Below are positions 1 through 9,361 of a stretch of DNA of 64,000 nt, one piece after another. Source of the stretch: Thermoanaerobaculia bacterium. Lineage in GTDB: Bacteria > Acidobacteriota > Thermoanaerobaculia > Multivoradales > Multivoraceae. The translations under genes were made by a program, and so were the position numbers. A model generated the notes under the pieces. The model saw only the letters and a program-made list of their open reading frames with translations, was not told the DNA's origin and made no database searches. Each line of letters opens with the position of its first letter. The stretch's first letter is position 1. The DNA is taken from the NCBI GenBank assembly GCA_963664405.1, contig OY761158.1, forward strand, positions 256,001-320,000, written 5' to 3'.

Positions 1-32
1 CGGTTGGCGACGAGCAGACTGCTGAAACTCAT
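1..32 (-). CDS. N-terminus of a biotin carboxylase-type (acyl-CoA carboxylase) protein, running off the window edge
   Basis: GAGGTG RBS, then ATG at 32 reading MSFSSLLVAN(R), matching the (I/V)ANRGEIA start motif of biotin carboxylases; only ~10 codons visible. Confidence 0.55.
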   Translation of the reverse strand, partial: MSFSSLLVAN

Positions 33-145
33 GTTCACACCTCGTGGTCCCGAGCCCGGTCGGTCGGGTCAGGCGAGGCGATTCTAGCGATGATTCCGGC
101 TATGTCGAGTAGATCGAGGATGCCGGAGTCGACTGAGCGCGCGGA

Positions 146-634
146 CTAGTCCGCGCCGGAGCTCCCACCGCCCGCCCGCTCCTGGAGCAGCTGAGCGTCC
201 AGTATGTCTTTGGGTCGGCCAGCCGCCAGCTTGTTTCGGACCAGCTGCGCACGCCCGAGGACGAGCAGTGAGATTCCCTCGATCTCCGTCTGGAAAGCAG
301 ACTCTTCGGCTTCGTCGAAGTCGACTCCGCTGATCGAAGTCATAATGTCGATTCGTCTCGGCGGCAGCCCGATTTGGTAGACGGTGCCCCGCTTCTCGAA
401 GTCTCGCTGCGAGACGCCGTGGCTCGTGAGCGGAGCGCCGAACTCCTCCAGAGCGCTTATCAGTCTACCCGCGTTCTTCTCCTCAGAAGCAACGAAGATG
501 TCGAGGTCTCCAGTGGCTCTGGGCACGCCGTGAACGGCAAGCGCATGGGCTCCGACGACGAGGAATCGCACGTCGGCCTCCCGCAGAGCCATGAGGAGAT
601 CCTTGAAGTCGTCGTGAAGAGCCGGTTCGCTCAA
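146..634 (-). CDS. Nucleotidyltransferase-fold protein (DUF6036-like), putative TA component
   Basis: VVGAHALAVHGVPRATGDLD and KLAAGRPKD motifs; TTG start at 634 overlaps the TGA of the upstream ORF (TTGA); the longer ORF-track N-terminus looks spurious. Confidence 0.8.
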   Translation of the reverse strand: MSEPALHDDFKDLLMALREADVRFLVVGAHALAVHGVPRATGDLDIFVASEEKNAGRLISALEEFGAPLTSHGVSQRDFEKRGTVYQIGLPPRRIDIMTSISGVDFDEAEESAFQTEIEGISLLVLGRAQLVRNKLAAGRPKDILDAQLLQERAGGGSSGAD

Positions 635-900
635 TCGGAGACGCCTGAGCGAAGAAGCCTGCCCGGCATGTCTCCTCGCTTGTAGTCGGGGATGTCCCGG
701 CCTGCCAGTCGCCAGGAGAGGAGGGTCAGCGGCCAGATCATCGCTAGGCGCTCTGCAGCTGTCGTCGTTTCGCTCAAGTCCTCCGAAGGCTCCTCCCCCA
801 GCTTGAAGCGCCGAATCGGCCATGCCTGCCGGGCGCGCCGTCGGCGCTCTCGGCCCTCTTTTTCGACATCTGTCCGAGACTCTGTAAAAGCGGCCTTCAC
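631..900 (-). CDS. Small hypothetical protein coupled to the nucleotidyltransferase (putative TA partner)
   Basis: 89 aa; stop overlaps the NTase start; T-AAERLAMIWPL helix typical of small partners of this NTase family; start uncertain. Confidence 0.6.
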   Translation of the reverse strand: MKAAFTESRTDVEKEGRERRRRARQAWPIRRFKLGEEPSEDLSETTTAAERLAMIWPLTLLSWRLAGRDIPDYKRGDMPGRLLRSGVSD

Positions 901-1172
901 GGGCCGATTCTATCAGTGGGTCAGTGGCAGACTGAGGCCTGTTGGTTGGCGACTGTGGTACGTGTCGCTCGAGAGTTGGCGATCTCGAGCCGACTTCGTC
1001 ATGTGGAACAACCGCTGCTCGCTGCACGCCTCGGCTCAGGTTCTCTCCGACTCCTCCTTTAGGGCTACCAGCTCTGCTCCGCTCTCGAAGTCTCATTTGG
1101 GGTTCAAGACAAGATCATCGATAATGAGTCTGAAGGGTCAGCTCGGACTTCGCGAAGCAGATTCACAGATTC

Positions 1173-3596
1173 ATGCGTTCACTTCAACGAAGGGCCTCGG
1201 GGTCGCTCTGCAGTGGCGTTCTTGTTCTGAGCCTGCTCCTTGGATGCACCCCGGACGGCGAGCCTGAAGCGACCGTTGAGCCGACGCCTGAGCCGGCACC
1301 AACCTGGCAGGAGTTGGCGGGCGACCGCGCTCCCGATCGCCTGAACGTCATTCTGGTCACCATCGACACGCTGCGTAGCGATCGCCTCTCGAGCTATGGC
1401 TCGACGCAGGTGGCGACCCCTCATATCGATGGGCTCGCTCGAGAAGGGGTGCGATTCGCGAACGCCGCGACCACCGTGCCCTTCACTCTGCCGGCCCACA
1501 GCTCGATCATGACCGGCACCTACCCTCCCTACCACGGGGTGCGGGAGAACGTGGGCTACTACCTCGACGAGGAGATTCCCACCCTTGCCGAGATCCTGTC
1601 CGGGGCGGGGTGGGAGACGGCGGGCTTCGTCAGTGCCTTTGTTCTCGACTCGCGCTGGGGCATCGGCCGCGGCTTCGATCGCTACTACGACGACTTCGAG
1701 CTCGACCCCAACAAGCCGGGGGTCAATGTCGGTCAGGTGCAGCGCGATGGACGAGAGACCATCGAGCACGCCTTCGAGTGGCTCGACCAGCCGCGCGACG
1801 CGCCGTTCTTCCTGTGGATCCACCTCTTCGAGCCCCACGATCCCTACCAGCCCCCCGAGCCCTTCCTCTCCCAATATCCCGACAACCCCTACGACGGCGA
1901 GGTGGCCTATACCGACTCTCTCGTCGGCAGCTTGCGCGAAGGCCTCGAGAGTCGTGGTGTTCTGGATCAGTCCCTCTTGGTTCTCACCGGCGACCATGGC
2001 GAGGGGCTGGGTCAGCACGACGAGGGCTTCCACGGCTACTTCATCTACGACTCCACCGTCCGCGTGCCGCTGATCCTGCGCGTGCCCTTCGGGGATCTCG
2101 CCGGCCGGGTCGTCGAGGACGCGGTCAGCCATGTCGACATCGTGCCTACGGTGCTCGAGGCTGTTGGTCTGGAGGTACCGGCACAGGTCCAGGGAGCCGA
2201 CCTCCTGCCTTTGATTCTGGGCCGGGATCTTGGGTCGCAGAGGGAGGTCTATACCGAGTCGTACTACGCCCTCTACCACTACAACTGGGCGCCACTCCGC
2301 TCCATCCGCACCCAAACGGAGAAGTTCATCGATACGACCAACCCCGAGCTCTACTTCTTGGCCGAAGACGGAGGAGAGACCACCAACGTGGTGCGGCAGA
2401 ACCGAGACCTGGGGAGGAGCCTGCGCGATCGACTCATCGCCTATGCCCGCGCTCTCGAGCGCTCCGGTGCCGGCCCGAGCCGGAAGCCTGACCTCGATGC
2501 CGAGACCCTGGCGCAGCTGCGTGCCCTTGGCTATGTAGCAGGTCGCGCAAGCAACACGGTGGACACGAACGACGGCGTGGCGCGGACCGACCCGAAAGAG
2601 AGGATCGCGGTCCACCGGTCGCTGATGGAGGCTCAGAGCCACATCGGGCAGGGCAACGAGGAGAAGGCCGAGGAGCGCCTGCGCGCGGCCCTCGCCCTCG
2701 ACGACGAGATAGTCGATGCCAACCAGATGCTAGGCGGCATCATCTCGCGGCGGGGCGACCTCACCTGGGGGCGGGGCGATCGCGACTTGGCGGTAGAGCT
2801 CTACGAGCAGGCGCTCGAGCTCTACCAGCAAGCGCTCGCCCAGAGTCCGGAGCATCACTCCTCGCTTTACGGGCTGGCGAACAGCTACTGGCAGCTCGGC
2901 TTCCTCGACGAAGCTTTGGTGGGCTTCCACCGCCTGGTCGAGCTCGCTCCCCATGAGTCTGGCGCGGCCATCGCCATGAGCGACATCTACGCCAGTCTCG
3001 ACCGGCTTCCGGACGCACTTGCGGTCGTGGAGGCAGCGGCGGCGCAGGAAGTCGCCCCGGCGTGGATTCACAACCAGTACGGCGAGCTCTTGGCGCTGCT
3101 AGGTCGGGGTGACGAATCGCCGGCTCAGTTCCGCAAAGCGATCGCCAAGAACCCCGAGATCGGTCGACCCTACTTCAACCTCGCGGTGGCATCCGAGGAG
3201 GAAGGTCGCTTCGAGGAGGCGGCCGCCTCCTACCGCGACGCGATCGAGCGCTCGCCCTACGACTTTCGCGCCCAGTTCAACCTCGGCCGCCTCTACGGCA
3301 ACCTCGGCCGGGTAGAGGAGCAACGGGCGATGTGGGAAGTGGCGCTGCAATCCAACCCGCGCTTCATCATGGGCTACTACCAGCTCGCGAAGCTCGTCAT
3401 GGACCAGGGAAGTGACCTCGACCAGGCGGAGAAGTTCGCGCGCGAGGGTCTCGATCTCGACCTCGAGGGAACCGCGGGCCCGCTCGGTTACTTCGTCCTC
3501 GCCGACATCCTCAACCGCAAGGGGCGCGTGCGCGAGGCGAGGGAAGCGGTCGCCAGCGGTCGTCGCCTGCAGGCCCGGGGCGCGTCGGCCCCGTGA
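1173..3596 (+). CDS. Sulfatase-like hydrolase (alkaline phosphatase superfamily) with C-terminal TPR repeats, probable lipoprotein
   Basis: LLLGC lipobox; NVILVTIDTLRSD, TLPAHSSIMTG, HLFEPHDPY and GDHGE motifs; TPR helices in the C-terminal ~330 aa. Confidence 0.9.
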   Translation: MRSLQRRASGSLCSGVLVLSLLLGCTPDGEPEATVEPTPEPAPTWQELAGDRAPDRLNVILVTIDTLRSDRLSSYGSTQVATPHIDGLAREGVRFANAATTVPFTLPAHSSIMTGTYPPYHGVRENVGYYLDEEIPTLAEILSGAGWETAGFVSAFVLDSRWGIGRGFDRYYDDFELDPNKPGVNVGQVQRDGRETIEHAFEWLDQPRDAPFFLWIHLFEPHDPYQPPEPFLSQYPDNPYDGEVAYTDSLVGSLREGLESRGVLDQSLLVLTGDHGEGLGQHDEGFHGYFIYDSTVRVPLILRVPFGDLAGRVVEDAVSHVDIVPTVLEAVGLEVPAQVQGADLLPLILGRDLGSQREVYTESYYALYHYNWAPLRSIRTQTEKFIDTTNPELYFLAEDGGETTNVVRQNRDLGRSLRDRLIAYARALERSGAGPSRKPDLDAETLAQLRALGYVAGRASNTVDTNDGVARTDPKERIAVHRSLMEAQSHIGQGNEEKAEERLRAALALDDEIVDANQMLGGIISRRGDLTWGRGDRDLAVELYEQALELYQQALAQSPEHHSSLYGLANSYWQLGFLDEALVGFHRLVELAPHESGAAIAMSDIYASLDRLPDALAVVEAAAAQEVAPAWIHNQYGELLALLGRGDESPAQFRKAIAKNPEIGRPYFNLAVASEEEGRFEEAAASYRDAIERSPYDFRAQFNLGRLYGNLGRVEEQRAMWEVALQSNPRFIMGYYQLAKLVMDQGSDLDQAEKFAREGLDLDLEGTAGPLGYFVLADILNRKGRVREAREAVASGRRLQARGASAP

Positions 3597-3613
3597 CCAA
3601 TCCGTAAGGGGCT

Positions 3614-3982
3614 TTAGGCCCGGTCTTCTTCGGCGTGGCAGTCGACGCAGACGCGGGTAGGTCCGGCCTCCTCCCCCGCGAGCTGCTTGTCCTCGTGGCA
3701 GCTCCGGCACAGGTGGTGGAAGTCCTCCTCGAAGAGCAGGAAGAGCTTCTGGTCGGTGACGTGGCAGTACATGCAAGGACTGCCGCCGCTGTCGTCGATG
3801 TAGTTGTGGTGACAGAGAATGCAATTCTCGGCGACGTGATCCTGGTGAGCGAACGTCATCGGCAGGACGGGATCCGGGCTCTCCCATCGATGCGCGCGTT
3901 CCGGCTTCTCCCCGGGCAGCGGCGTGCCATACAGAAGGACGAACAGCGCCGCCAGCGCCAGCAGGAGAGCGTAAGTCTTCAC
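3614..3982 (-). CDS. Tetraheme class III cytochrome c (cytochrome c3 family)
   Basis: Four CxxCH motifs (CILCH, CMYCH, CRSCH, CVDCH), FAHQDH distal-His motif, hydrophobic N-terminus; GTG start at 3982. Confidence 0.85.
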   Translation of the reverse strand: MKTYALLLALAALFVLLYGTPLPGEKPERAHRWESPDPVLPMTFAHQDHVAENCILCHHNYIDDSGGSPCMYCHVTDQKLFLLFEEDFHHLCRSCHEDKQLAGEEAGPTRVCVDCHAEEDRA

Positions 3983-4110
3983 AAAGGCACGTTTCGGATT
4001 CCAACGAACGCAATCGCAGTCCGTCCGCCGAGGCCGAGATAAAGACGAGCCGTTCGTGCGGAGACGATCTCCGCGAGGTCCGCCGTATCGGCCGCCGTTC
4101 GAGCTCCGCG

Positions 4111-5871
4111 TTAGTTGCGCCCGGGCGCGTCTCGTGCGATCCCGGTGCTGTCGAAGTCCATCCAGGTCACGCGCCACTCTCCGTCGCGCTGGTCGGCGAG
4201 CATCTCGAGTCCGAAGATGATGTCCGCACTCGTGATCCATCGCACACCGGTGATGTTGGCGGTGGGGCCCTCCCACTCGAGCTTCATCGCCGTGGTGTCG
4301 ACCTGGGTGCCGGTAGTCGACCCTAGATATTGGCGGAAGATGTCCTTCGAGCCGCCGCTGTAGGATCGGAAATCCTCCGCCAGGTAGGTGAACATCCGGT
4401 CCATCTCCCCGGCCGCCATCGCCTCCAACATCTGGCGGATCATCGCGTCGACGGCCTTCGTATCCTGGCCGCCGCCGGCCCATTCGCGCCGTTGCGCCCG
4501 CTCGGCGGTGCGCGTGGCGGGGAGGTCGGTCGCTTTGGTGTAGCGCGCCGGCAACGCGAAGCCCGTCAGGTGCTCCTCGTCCTTCACGTAGAGACGCTGT
4601 CCGGCGAGCGCCAGGTGCGCCCAGGTCGCAGACGTAGCCACTTCCCAGGAGGCCAGCTCGTGGTAGCCCTCGGGGTCAGCGGCGATGACCTTGAGATCGG
4701 CCGTATCGGTGAGCGCCAGCAGACGATCGCCGACGGCGATGGTGCTGGCGTACGCCGCCCACCGCCCGGGGCTCTGCCACAGCACCTCGCCGGTCTTGGG
4801 ATCGAGACAGACGAAGGTGCCGGCCCTCTTGTTGGAGCGGAAGTAGAGATGGTCGCCCACCCGCACCGGCGAGTCCATGTAGAGCTCGGCCCGTGTCGTC
4901 TTCCACACCTCGCTCACCTTCCAAGCCCCATCGCCTCCCTTCGGCGGCTCGATCCGGAGCGCTGCCGTCCCCTCCTGGTAGCCGGAGAGAATCAGCATGC
5001 CCTCGTAGAAGATGGTGGTGGGGCTGTTCTGGTCGAAGGCGGTCTCGAACTCGGTCGACCACAGGAGCTCACCGTCGCTCGCCCGCACGGCGAAGAAGGA
5101 CTGGTCGCCCATAGTGACGATCTGGCGCACTCCTCCGATGGTGAACGCCATCGGCGACGCGTAGGCGGGCGCGATGCCGTCCGCCCGCCAGACCTCTTTT
5201 CCGCTCGCCCGGTCGTACGCCACCAGCGCTCCCTCGGTGCGGCGCTCCTCTCCCTGCGCCCGGTTGGTGTTGCCGATCGGCACGATGAGGAGGCGTCCCT
5301 CGACGAGTGGCGACGCCGCCGTTCCCCACTCCGGGTAGGGCGGGTCGTAGACGTCTTCGAAGCTCTTCTCCCAGCGCACCGCGCCGGTTTTGGCATCCAG
5401 CGCCAGCAGGCGCTCGCGTACGCCGAAGCTGTAGACCGCATCGCCTTCGGCCACCATCGTCGATTTCGGCCCCGGGCCGTACTGGATCGCCGCCTGCGCC
5501 GGCACGAAGGGGGCCGTGTACGAATGCCGCCACAGCTCTTTGCCGGTGGATGCATCCAGCGCCAGGACGACTTCCTCCTGACCTTGCCGCGCGAGGAGGA
5601 AGAGGCGCTCGCCGACGACGATCGGAGACGACTGCCCCAGGCCGACCGGGACCTTCCACAGCTGTTCGAGAGCGGCGGGGAGCACCTCCGGCAGCTCGCT
5701 ACCGGTTGCGACTCCGTTCCGGTCGGGGCCTCGCCACTGTGGCCAATCGGCCGCTCGTGCGGCAGACGCGAGGGTCAGCGCTCCGACGACGAGTAAGAGC
5801 GTGCACCTAGGAAACGTCATCCACGCTGCCGGGTTCCACTGGAGGCGTCGCGGTTGTGATGCTGGGTCCAT
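4111..5871 (-). CDS. PQQ-type (BamB-like) beta-propeller with C-terminal NTF2/SnoaL-like domain, copy 1
   Basis: Signal peptide, ADWPQWRG, SSPIV, repeated ALDA.TGK.LW blades; ~115-aa C-terminal domain (..YLAEDF..GEWRVT); alternative ATG at 5820. Confidence 0.85.
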   Translation of the reverse strand: MDPASQPRRLQWNPAAWMTFPRCTLLLVVGALTLASAARAADWPQWRGPDRNGVATGSELPEVLPAALEQLWKVPVGLGQSSPIVVGERLFLLARQGQEEVVLALDASTGKELWRHSYTAPFVPAQAAIQYGPGPKSTMVAEGDAVYSFGVRERLLALDAKTGAVRWEKSFEDVYDPPYPEWGTAASPLVEGRLLIVPIGNTNRAQGEERRTEGALVAYDRASGKEVWRADGIAPAYASPMAFTIGGVRQIVTMGDQSFFAVRASDGELLWSTEFETAFDQNSPTTIFYEGMLILSGYQEGTAALRIEPPKGGDGAWKVSEVWKTTRAELYMDSPVRVGDHLYFRSNKRAGTFVCLDPKTGEVLWQSPGRWAAYASTIAVGDRLLALTDTADLKVIAADPEGYHELASWEVATSATWAHLALAGQRLYVKDEEHLTGFALPARYTKATDLPATRTAERAQRREWAGGGQDTKAVDAMIRQMLEAMAAGEMDRMFTYLAEDFRSYSGGSKDIFRQYLGSTTGTQVDTTAMKLEWEGPTANITGVRWITSADIIFGLEMLADQRDGEWRVTWMDFDSTGIARDAPGRN

Positions 5872-6219
5872 CGCCTAAGCCTCCAGTCGTAGACTCGTCA
5901 CGGCAGTACCTTAGTCGAAGAGCCGCCAGAAAGACGCCTACCGTGGCGTGCCCCCGAGCCACATCGGTCGTATCCCCACTGCTCTCTCGGGACCTCCTTA
6001 GGCATATGCTGCCGAGGTGGTAACGTACATCGACAACGTCAATCATGTCAAATGGCCGCACTGGCCAAGAGGGTAAGACATGGGTTTGACGCGTAGTCCC
6101 TCGAGGTCGCGCGTATCTCGGTGTTCCGCGATCGATTTGAGACAGCGACACGCCCCAAAACAGGCATCGAGTGCGTCGCTCCGTTTTGAAGATGATTCAG
6201 TTTTCTCCTAGGAGGATCT

Positions 6220-8187
6220 ATGTCTAGACATTGCCTCGTCGTCGTATGCGTCATGCTCATTTCGGCTGTCGATTTTCTGGCCGCGGCCCCCCAGCACCCC
6301 CTCGATCACCTGACGGCTGCGGAGCACTGGGCCGCCTACGAGATCCTGCAGAAGTCGGACCGCACCGACTCCGAGATGGTGATCGCCTATGTCGGTTTGC
6401 ACGAGCCGCCGAAAGCCGAGGTGCTCGCGTGGCGGAAAGGTGCAACGTTTCGGCGCCAAGCCCTGGTGCACCTGGTGCAGAACGAAGCAGGGTACGAGGC
6501 GGTGCTCGATCTGCAAGCGGGCACGATCCTCGATTGGCGCGACACGCCGGGTCGGAACTACATGCGACTTTCCGGCGAGGATGGAGCCATGACGGAGCTG
6601 CTCCTCGAGCACGACGACATCAAGGCGGCCTTCGAGCGCCGTGGCGTCGCGGACCTCAAACACGTCTATTGCTGGGTGATCAACGAGGGCTACTTCGACC
6701 AGCCGGAAGAGCGAGGCAACCGGGTCGCGCGGGCGGTCTGTGGCAACGGGCGCGGACGGTTCAGGGCGTTTGGCAGCCGATACGAGGGGCTGGTCGCTAT
6801 CGTTGATCTCCGTAGCAAGACGATCCTACGTGTGCTCGACTTCGATCCGATTCCTCTCGCACCGGACAACGGCGAATACGGCCCCGATGCTGTTGGCCCG
6901 GTCCGTGACATAGAGACGCCCATCGCGGTCGTGCAGCCGATGGGGCCTTCCTTCACGCTCGACGGTCAGTCCGTGAGTTGGCAAAACTGGCGGTTCCAAT
7001 TCCGCGTCGACCCGCGTCGAGGAATCGTCGTGTCTCTGGTGCGCTGGGTTAACGGCGAAAGCACACGCATGATCGCCTACCAGGCGTCGATCTCGGAGCT
7101 GTTCGTTCCCTACTCCAGCCCCGAGGAACCGTGGTTGTATCAGTCCTACTTCGATCTCGGCAGCTACGCCAACGTCTTTGGCGGGGTGGCCACCTCGCTC
7201 GAGCGCGGATCGGATTGCCCAGACCACGCGACCTTCTTCGACGCCGTCGTGAGCACCGAGTCGGGCCGGCCGACGCCGACCCCGCGGGCCGCGTGTCTCT
7301 TCGAGCGCGTCACCGGGGACCCTGCCTGGCGCCATACGGGTGATGGCGTGGTGGAGTCACGCGTCCGGCGTGACCTGGTTCTGCGGATGTTCGTTACGGC
7401 GGGCAACTACGACTATCTGTTCGATTACGTCTTCATGCAGGACGGCACGCTACGAGTGCGCGTGGGCGCGACAGGTATGGATCAAGTGCGCACCGTGAAG
7501 GCGGCCGATGCGACGGAGGCTCGGAGGATAGCGCCGGGCGAGGACCTCCACGGCCGCTTCATCGCGCCCCACCTCGTCGGCGTCAATCACAGCCATTTCT
7601 TTTCGTTCCGGCTGGATCTCGACGTCGACGGGAGCTCGAACTCGTTGGCGGTGGACCGCCTGGTGACCGAGCGCATGCCGAAAGGCGGCCCGAGAACGAG
7701 CTTGTGGAACTACCAGACGGCCATCGCCAAGAATGAGAGTGACGCCAAGCGACGGTCCACAATCGAGAGACCCGAGGTCTGGCGAATCATCAACCCCGAA
7801 AAGGCGGGACCCTACGGGGACCCGGTTGGTTATGAGATCGCCGGCGGCCATCAAGCCGTCACCTTGTTGTCCGAAGACGACTTCGTCCGTCGCCGCGCCG
7901 GCTTCACCGAGCACACGCTGTGGGTCACACCGTTCGAGTCCACCGAGTTGTTCGCGGCGGGCGATTACCCCACGGCGCATGCCCCTGGCCAGGGGTTGCC
8001 GGGATGGACCGCGGCGAACCGGGCGATCGCCGGCCAGGACATCGTGGCCTGGTACACGGTTGGCTTTCATCACATCCCGCGGCCCGAGGACTGGCCCTTG
8101 ATGCCGGTTGCGTGGCATAGCTTCGAGCTGCGACCGGTGGGATTCTTCAAACGGAATCCAGCGTTGGACATTCCGAAGGAACACTAG
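6220..8187 (+). CDS. tynA: Copper/TPQ-dependent primary amine oxidase, secreted
   Basis: AGGAGG RBS; signal peptide; HPLD start; TAGNYDY TPQ consensus; NHSH Cu motif; GFHHIPRPEDWPLMP C-terminal motif; YFD catalytic Asp. Confidence 0.93.
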   Translation: MSRHCLVVVCVMLISAVDFLAAAPQHPLDHLTAAEHWAAYEILQKSDRTDSEMVIAYVGLHEPPKAEVLAWRKGATFRRQALVHLVQNEAGYEAVLDLQAGTILDWRDTPGRNYMRLSGEDGAMTELLLEHDDIKAAFERRGVADLKHVYCWVINEGYFDQPEERGNRVARAVCGNGRGRFRAFGSRYEGLVAIVDLRSKTILRVLDFDPIPLAPDNGEYGPDAVGPVRDIETPIAVVQPMGPSFTLDGQSVSWQNWRFQFRVDPRRGIVVSLVRWVNGESTRMIAYQASISELFVPYSSPEEPWLYQSYFDLGSYANVFGGVATSLERGSDCPDHATFFDAVVSTESGRPTPTPRAACLFERVTGDPAWRHTGDGVVESRVRRDLVLRMFVTAGNYDYLFDYVFMQDGTLRVRVGATGMDQVRTVKAADATEARRIAPGEDLHGRFIAPHLVGVNHSHFFSFRLDLDVDGSSNSLAVDRLVTERMPKGGPRTSLWNYQTAIAKNESDAKRRSTIERPEVWRIINPEKAGPYGDPVGYEIAGGHQAVTLLSEDDFVRRRAGFTEHTLWVTPFESTELFAAGDYPTAHAPGQGLPGWTAANRAIAGQDIVAWYTVGFHHIPRPEDWPLMPVAWHSFELRPVGFFKRNPALDIPKEH

Positions 8188-8188
8188 G

Positions 8189-8355
8189 GCCGGCCGTCCA
8201 GGGCACCCCACCTCACCGCGTGCTCGTCGCTCGGCTCCTCCGACGTACGCCAAAGTACGCCTACGTCGCCTCGCTCCTGTGCCGCGGCGATCTGGGGCAC
8301 CCTGAACGGCCGGCACGAGCTCGCTTCGAGAAAAGACTTGATTCAATACGTCACG
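8189..8355. repeat. Palindromic MITE/REP-like element type A, copy 1
   Basis: Imperfect IR GCCGGCCGTCCAGGGCACCCCA...TGGGGCACCCTGAACGGCCGGC (8189-8314); reverse-orientation homolog at 54119-54365. Confidence 0.7.
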
Positions 8356-8376
8356 AATGTGAACTATTGGAGATAC

Positions 8377-8542
8377 CTAGTGTTGTGTCTCCGACATGGC
8401 TTGCCAAGAGCTCGAGGTCATTTTGTTCGCTGTCAAGGAGCGACGAGGCAGGCATATTGGGAATATGTCGACGAGTCGCAACGACGGCAGCGGGCAAAAG
8501 GGGCCGAGATATTGGTAAGCCATGTCGGAGACACGGCACTAG
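8377..8542. mobile_element. CTAG-bounded MITE type B
   Basis: ~30-bp terminal IR CTAGTGTTGTGTCTCCGACATGGCTTGCCAA / TTGGTAAGCCATGTCGGAGACACGGCACTAG; interior homologous to 52589-52767. Confidence 0.75.
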
Positions 8543-8705
8543 TACATGCGGCCACAAGTACGGTTACGTTTCGAACGACGGTGCGCCTCGCCAGCAAGGC
8601 GCGCGACTGAGGCGCACCTGGGAGTACGTCGCAGGGAGCGTAACGCCGCTGGAGAGGATGCAGCGTCGTTCCAAACGTGTCCGTATTTGTGGCCGCATGT
8701 ACTAG
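8539..8705. mobile_element. CTAG-bounded MITE type C, copy 1
   Basis: Terminal IR CTAGTACATGCGGCCACAAGTACGG / CCGTATTTGTGGCCGCATGTACTAG; closely similar copy at 45299-45465; shares its CTAG with type B. Confidence 0.8.
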
Positions 8706-8742
8706 CCATGGGGGCCGAGCACTTCGATGCGAATCCGAAGGG

Positions 8743-8980
8743 CTACGCCCGCAGGGACCTAATCTCGAGGAAGCCCGCAGCCGCGAAGTCGCCGTCGTAG
8801 GCGAGAGCCTCGGTGACGCGCAGACCCTCCATGAGAGCAAAGCTGGTCGCATCGACGAACTCTCCAGCGAGTCGAGGAAACCAACCGCAGAGCGATGATC
8901 CGCCTTTCTCCGTAGGTACGTCCACGTTTCACTGCGAACGTGGTTGCTGGTAATGAAAACGGAGCGCTCTCTTTGCCGGA
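8743..8980 (-). pseudogene. vapC: 3' part of a decayed PIN-domain (VapC) toxin gene interrupted by the transposon
   Basis: ITSNHVRSETWTYLRRK and, in another frame, FVDATSFALME..ALAYDGDFAAAGF; 5' part lies at ~12536-12595. Confidence 0.75.
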
Positions 8981-9013
8981 TGAGAGTGATCACGGTAATC
9001 GATGGCGGGCTGA

Positions 9014-9361
9014 TCACAGTAAATGATGGTCTGGGTCTTGGCTGCTGTCGCGGATGAGAGTTTCAAGGTACCGGAGGTAGCCGTTATCGAGGGGTCTATC
9101 GCGAATCTCTCGGATGACGGGGAGGAAGTAGTGGAGACTCTGGATGGGGGTTGTGGTGTGTGCCTCGTTGCATCTCCTGGCGGCGACGAGTAGTAAGGCC
9201 GCATTGATGGTGTTGACGGTAACGCCGTTTCGATAGAGGTCTGCGGCGAGGCGGCGATCGGCGTTTCTGACTCGTCCGGTGGTTTGGGGATGTCGTCGAT
9301 AGAGCTCGAGGACGCTCTGGAGGTGCCGTCGTTGTTGCTGGGCGGATGGGGAGTCAGGCAC
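9014..9361 (-). CDS. Hypothetical transposon-associated protein (ORF4)
   Basis: 115 aa; overlaps the ATPase stop; inside the element ends; IQSLHYFLPVIREI motif. Confidence 0.65.
   Translation of the reverse strand: MPDSPSAQQQRRHLQSVLELYRRHPQTTGRVRNADRRLAADLYRNGVTVNTINAALLLVAARRCNEAHTTTPIQSLHYFLPVIREIRDRPLDNGYLRYLETLIRDSSQDPDHHLL

Noticed and set aside
1179-2642. Long antisense/alternate-frame ORFs (also 4330-5796, 17207-18328, 36799-37923, 47405-48919 and others)
   Set aside because: Shadow ORFs expected in high-GC DNA opposite well-supported genes; no motifs
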